Source: Candidatus Electrothrix yaqonensis (lineage in GTDB: Bacteria > Desulfobacterota > Desulfobulbia > Desulfobulbales > Desulfobulbaceae). From it: DNA of 32,000 bases. Below the pieces are notes generated by a model, which made no database searches, was not told where the DNA came from, and saw only the letters and a list, made by a program, of their open reading frames with translations. Position 1 is the first letter of the stretch. Each line of letters opens with the position of its first letter. Shown one piece after another: positions 29,697 to 32,000 of this stretch. The translations under genes were made by a program, and so were the position numbers. Location: NCBI GenBank assembly GCA_047651235.1, contig CP178758.1, forward strand, positions 510,001 through 542,000, written 5' to 3'.

Positions 29697-29772
29697 TACA
29701 TATCGTGACAAAATAGGCCCCGGCCTGTGTGTAATCATAATTGCGCAGCCGGCTGGAGCGGCAGTGATGCTG
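29697..29772 (-). pseudogene. 5' fragment of a second RAYT gene
   Basis: The minus-strand translation ...HHCRSSRLRNYDYTQAGAYFVTICIS* parallels HHRRSIRLRNYDYTRAGAYFVTICV of the intact RAYT. The nucleotide strings are alignable by eye (ccccggcctgtgtgtaatcataattgcgcag versus ccccggcccgtgtgtaatcataattacgcag). Confidence 0.6.
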
Positions 29773-29825
29773 CTCGTTACATTCCCCTCTTGACACGTTG
29801 ATACCATATTCGGTATTATTTAAAC

Positions 29826-30239
29826 ATGGATACAATCATTATGGACACCAATATACTTTTTTCAGGGCTTTATTCCTCATCAGGGGCATCGTATCAAATA
29901 TTAAGATGCATTGATACCGGCAGAATAATACCTGTTATATCAACTACGCTCCTTTTTGAATACGAAGATGTTCTAAAACGGAAACAAAAGGAATTATGGT
30001 TATCTGACAACGAGATTGAGGTAGTTCTTGACAATATCTGCGCCCTCAGCAAATTTCAAAAAATATATTTTTTGTGGCGACCGTACCTGAAAGACCCGAA
30101 AGATGATCATGTCCTTGAGGTGGCTGTGGCATCAAAAACAAGAATAATCGTCACCCATAATATGAAAGATTTTAGAGGGGTTGATAAATTCGGCGTGACT
30201 GCGTTACGCCCCGGAAAATTATTGGAGGCAATACAATGA
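29826..30239 (+). CDS. PIN-domain toxin (PIN_3 / TIGR00305-like)
   Basis: MDTNILFSGL...ISTTLLFEYEDVL...KDPKDDHVLEVAVASKTRIIVTHNMKDF carries the acidic PIN residues in the expected order. AT-rich. Confidence 0.8.
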   Translation: MDTIIMDTNILFSGLYSSSGASYQILRCIDTGRIIPVISTTLLFEYEDVLKRKQKELWLSDNEIEVVLDNICALSKFQKIYFLWRPYLKDPKDDHVLEVAVASKTRIIVTHNMKDFRGVDKFGVTALRPGKLLEAIQ

Positions 30240-30487
30240 GTACACTTAGTTTACGGTTACCAAATTCTATTCATCGTCATATTAAGCAAATAGCAACGCA
30301 AGAAGGTGTATCGATCAATCAGTTTATTTCGACGGCTGTGTCTGAAAAGATTTCCGCCCTTACAACAGAAAATTATCTGGAGCAACGGGCGAAAAAGGCG
30401 GATCGGGCGGCCTTCAGGGGTATATTGGATAAGGTGCCTGATCGGACACCCTTGCCGGGAGATGAGATTATGTCGGAGAATCCATAG
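30236..30487 (+). CDS. ribbon-helix-helix / HicB-like antitoxin
   Basis: LSLRLPNSIHRHIKQIATQEGVSINQFISTAVSEKISAL is an RHH-type N-terminus. The start overlaps the PIN stop (ATGA). Confidence 0.7.
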   Translation: MSTLSLRLPNSIHRHIKQIATQEGVSINQFISTAVSEKISALTTENYLEQRAKKADRAAFRGILDKVPDRTPLPGDEIMSENP

Positions 30488-30507
30488 GGATGTTTCGTAA
30501 AACGCCC

Positions 30508-31182
30508 TCACACCATCCACACCTCATAACTTTCATGGCCGTATGCCGGTGAAGGTTCACGGGTTTCACCGGGGAACGGGGGCTGATCAGGATGCAATGC
30601 GTCTTCCTGCCAACGGGACGGGTTATTGCGGATGTATTGGCGGATGCGGTATAATTCTGTTTCGTTGCGGATGACGTGGTCCCAATAATTGCGTTGCCAT
30701 AATTTGCCGGGAAACGGTTGCCAACCGTTTTGTTTGACACCCCGGATATATTCGTTGGTGGTCATTGTTTTGAACCATTGCACGACATCCGACAACGATG
30801 TCCCCGTAGGGGCAGACCTATGTGTCTGCCCTGGTTGAACCTGCCGGGATGGTTGCATATTCGGCGGGCGGACACGGACACGCGGAATATCCGGGCGGAC
30901 ACGCAGGTCCGCCCCTACATTGACCACGATGAAATGAACGTGATTGGGCATACAGACAAATTCATCGCATTCGATCTCGTGGAATTTGTTTTCCAATTCG
31001 GCAAACCATTTTTCCGTCATCCGGCCCGCATCATTCAACCGCATGACCCCGTTGGTGATTCCCCCGAACAGACATTCCCGATGTTGCACACAGATGGTCA
31101 CGAAATAAGCCCCGGCCCGTGTGTAATCATAATTACGCAGGCGGATGGACCGGCGGTGGTGGATGTCAGGGTTGTATGACAT
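30508..31182 (-). CDS. REP-associated tyrosine transposase (RAYT, IS200/IS605-like HUH enzyme) carrying an in-frame REPIN insertion
   Basis: N-terminus RRSIRLRNYDYTRAGAYFVTICV, HUH motif MPNHVHFIV, and C-terminal LWQRNYWDHVIRNETELYRIRQYIRNNP. It is flanked by REP units, and the central 38 aa or so are REP-encoded. Confidence 0.85.
   Translation of the reverse strand: MSYNPDIHHRRSIRLRNYDYTRAGAYFVTICVQHRECLFGGITNGVMRLNDAGRMTEKWFAELENKFHEIECDEFVCMPNHVHFIVVNVGADLRVRPDIPRVRVRPPNMQPSRQVQPGQTHRSAPTGTSLSDVVQWFKTMTTNEYIRGVKQNGWQPFPGKLWQRNYWDHVIRNETELYRIRQYIRNNPSRWQEDALHPDQPPFPGETREPSPAYGHESYEVWMV
30806..30918. repeat. REP inverted doublet (REPIN) inside the RAYT coding sequence
   Basis: gtaggggcagacctatgtgtctgccc (30806-30831) and gggcggacacgcaggtccgcccctac (30893-30918), plus a partial half-unit gggcggacacggacacgcgg (30866-30885). 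The spacer core ggttgaacctgccgggatggt matches that of the REPIN at 31211-31293. Confidence 0.85.
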
Positions 31183-31210
31183 GGCAAATCATTGAATATC
31201 CCGTGGTTTG

Positions 31211-31293
31211 GTAGGGGCAGACCTGCGTGTCTGCCCGGTTGGAACGTGCCGGGATGGTGGACAAACCGGGCGGACACAGAGGTCCGCCCCTAC
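31211..31293. repeat. REP inverted doublet (REPIN) ~30 bp upstream of the RAYT start
   Basis: gtaggggcagacctgcgtgtctgccc (31211-31236) and gggcggacacagaggtccgcccctac (31268-31293). The spacer is ggttggaacgtgccgggatggtggacaaacc. Confidence 0.85.
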
Positions 31294-31391
31294 AGGATCG
31301 GCCATGCCCTGATTGATTATCCGGGCAGGGTGCGAACCGGGCATAATCGTTATGGTGCAGGGGGATGGAACGGGTGGTGGGTAATCCCGTT

Positions 31392-31416
31392 GGGGCACGG
31401 CGGGCCGTGCCCTTAC
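31392..31416. repeat. variant single REP unit
   Basis: ggggcacggcgggccgtgcccttac is the reverse complement of gtaagggcacggcccgccgtgcccc. The head is GTAAGGGC and the stem pairs gggcacgg with ccgtgccc. Confidence 0.55.
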
Positions 31417-31442
31417 ATATTCTGGGTTGCGCCTTGCAGGAA

Positions 31443-32000
31443 TTAATACCCCGTAAACAAATACGTTGGGTCAACACTCTGCCCTTGGAAATATCCCTGC
31501 CAATATTCTGTTTGATCAGATTGTTTTATAGGATTCGCCATACAGACATTTGCTCTTTCTTGCATTTCCCTCTGTCTCTGCTCTTCTAATAATCGTTCAT
31601 ACTCTCGCCGAACATCTTCAGCCCAATCTTGGCAGTTATATTTCTCCTTAGACCATGAAATTTTATACAATGCATAGTAGTCATTAGGCTCGACATTATC
31701 TACAGCTTGCCTCAACAATGCATCATCATACCCTGTTTGACTAACATCATAATCTCCTCGATTTTCGTTATTGTAATGCACTTCTCCGTCATCAAAAAAA
31801 CCTACATTACTTCCATCTTCAAAAAAAATATGCTCATGAGCTATTACAGTATTATACTGATCGTCTATAGATCCTACAGTAAGATCCTGAGTGTTATACA
31901 ATTTTCCTAACCATCCATCTAAAGGTCTAGTAGCAAAATACGCATACCCATACCAATCCCAAAACGTCACCGGATTATCCCCCACATACATAAACCGATG
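31443..32000 (-). CDS. C-terminal end of a probable polymorphic (Rhs/YD-like) toxin; 5' part off-window
   Basis: The frame is open to the window edge (HRF precedes the listed Met). YVGDNPVTFWDWYGY resembles the Y(V)xNNPVxxxDPxGL junction that precedes C-terminal toxin modules. The ~165 aa that follow are strongly AT-rich and unlike any core gene here. Confidence 0.45.
   Translation of the reverse strand, partial: HRFMYVGDNPVTFWDWYGYAYFATRPLDGWLGKLYNTQDLTVGSIDDQYNTVIAHEHIFFEDGSNVGFFDDGEVHYNNENRGDYDVSQTGYDDALLRQAVDNVEPNDYYALYKISWSKEKYNCQDWAEDVRREYERLLEEQRQREMQERANVCMANPIKQSDQTEYWQGYFQGQSVDPTYLFTGY

Noticed and set aside
31166-31477. ORFs of 69-103 codons on both strands over the REP cluster (31166-31477, 31189-31398, 31192-31446).
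   Set aside because: Their sequences (GADLCVRP, RADTQVCPY, GRPACLPG and similar) are simply translations of REP palindromes. They are not independent genes.

Overview
Chromosomal window from what looks like a Desulfobacterota (delta-proteobacterial) genome. That placement is my reading of the 16S 5' region plus gene content (signal-peptide CbiK, selA); no search was run. The core backbone is: hrpA (5'-truncated by the window edge), a cobalamin riboswitch driving a signal-peptide-bearing cbiK, a secreted VWA protein, the conserved dnaX-ybaB-recR cluster, two YkgJ-type Cys-cluster proteins, an AMMECR1 protein, bioB, and a co-directional selA / TPR-degenerate-GGDEF / LOG / pilT string. It continues with a complete rRNA operon (16S, tRNA-Ile-GAT, tRNA-Ala-TGC, 23S, 5S) and htpG. 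From about 28.1 kb to the window end the content becomes accessory: an internally deleted IS5-family element, two type II toxin-antitoxin pairs, a REP-associated tyrosine transposase (RAYT) plus a fragment of a second one, and the AT-rich C-terminal module of a probable polymorphic (Rhs-like) toxin. The most unusual signal is a family of GTAGGGGC-headed palindromic REP units, ten in total and mostly arranged as inverted doublets (REPINs). They flank the RAYT, and they also sit in frame inside two protein-coding genes: twice in hrpA and once inside the RAYT gene itself, between its HUH and Tyr motifs. Other points worth checking are an exact A-AAA-AAG slippery site in dnaX with a -1 frame stop five codons downstream, an 8-G homopolymer frameshift in the IS5 transposase remnant, and an ISL3 scar plus a REP unit at the 3' end of the rRNA operon. 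No CRISPR array, integron, retron or prophage structure was seen. All homology calls rest on motif recognition by eye.
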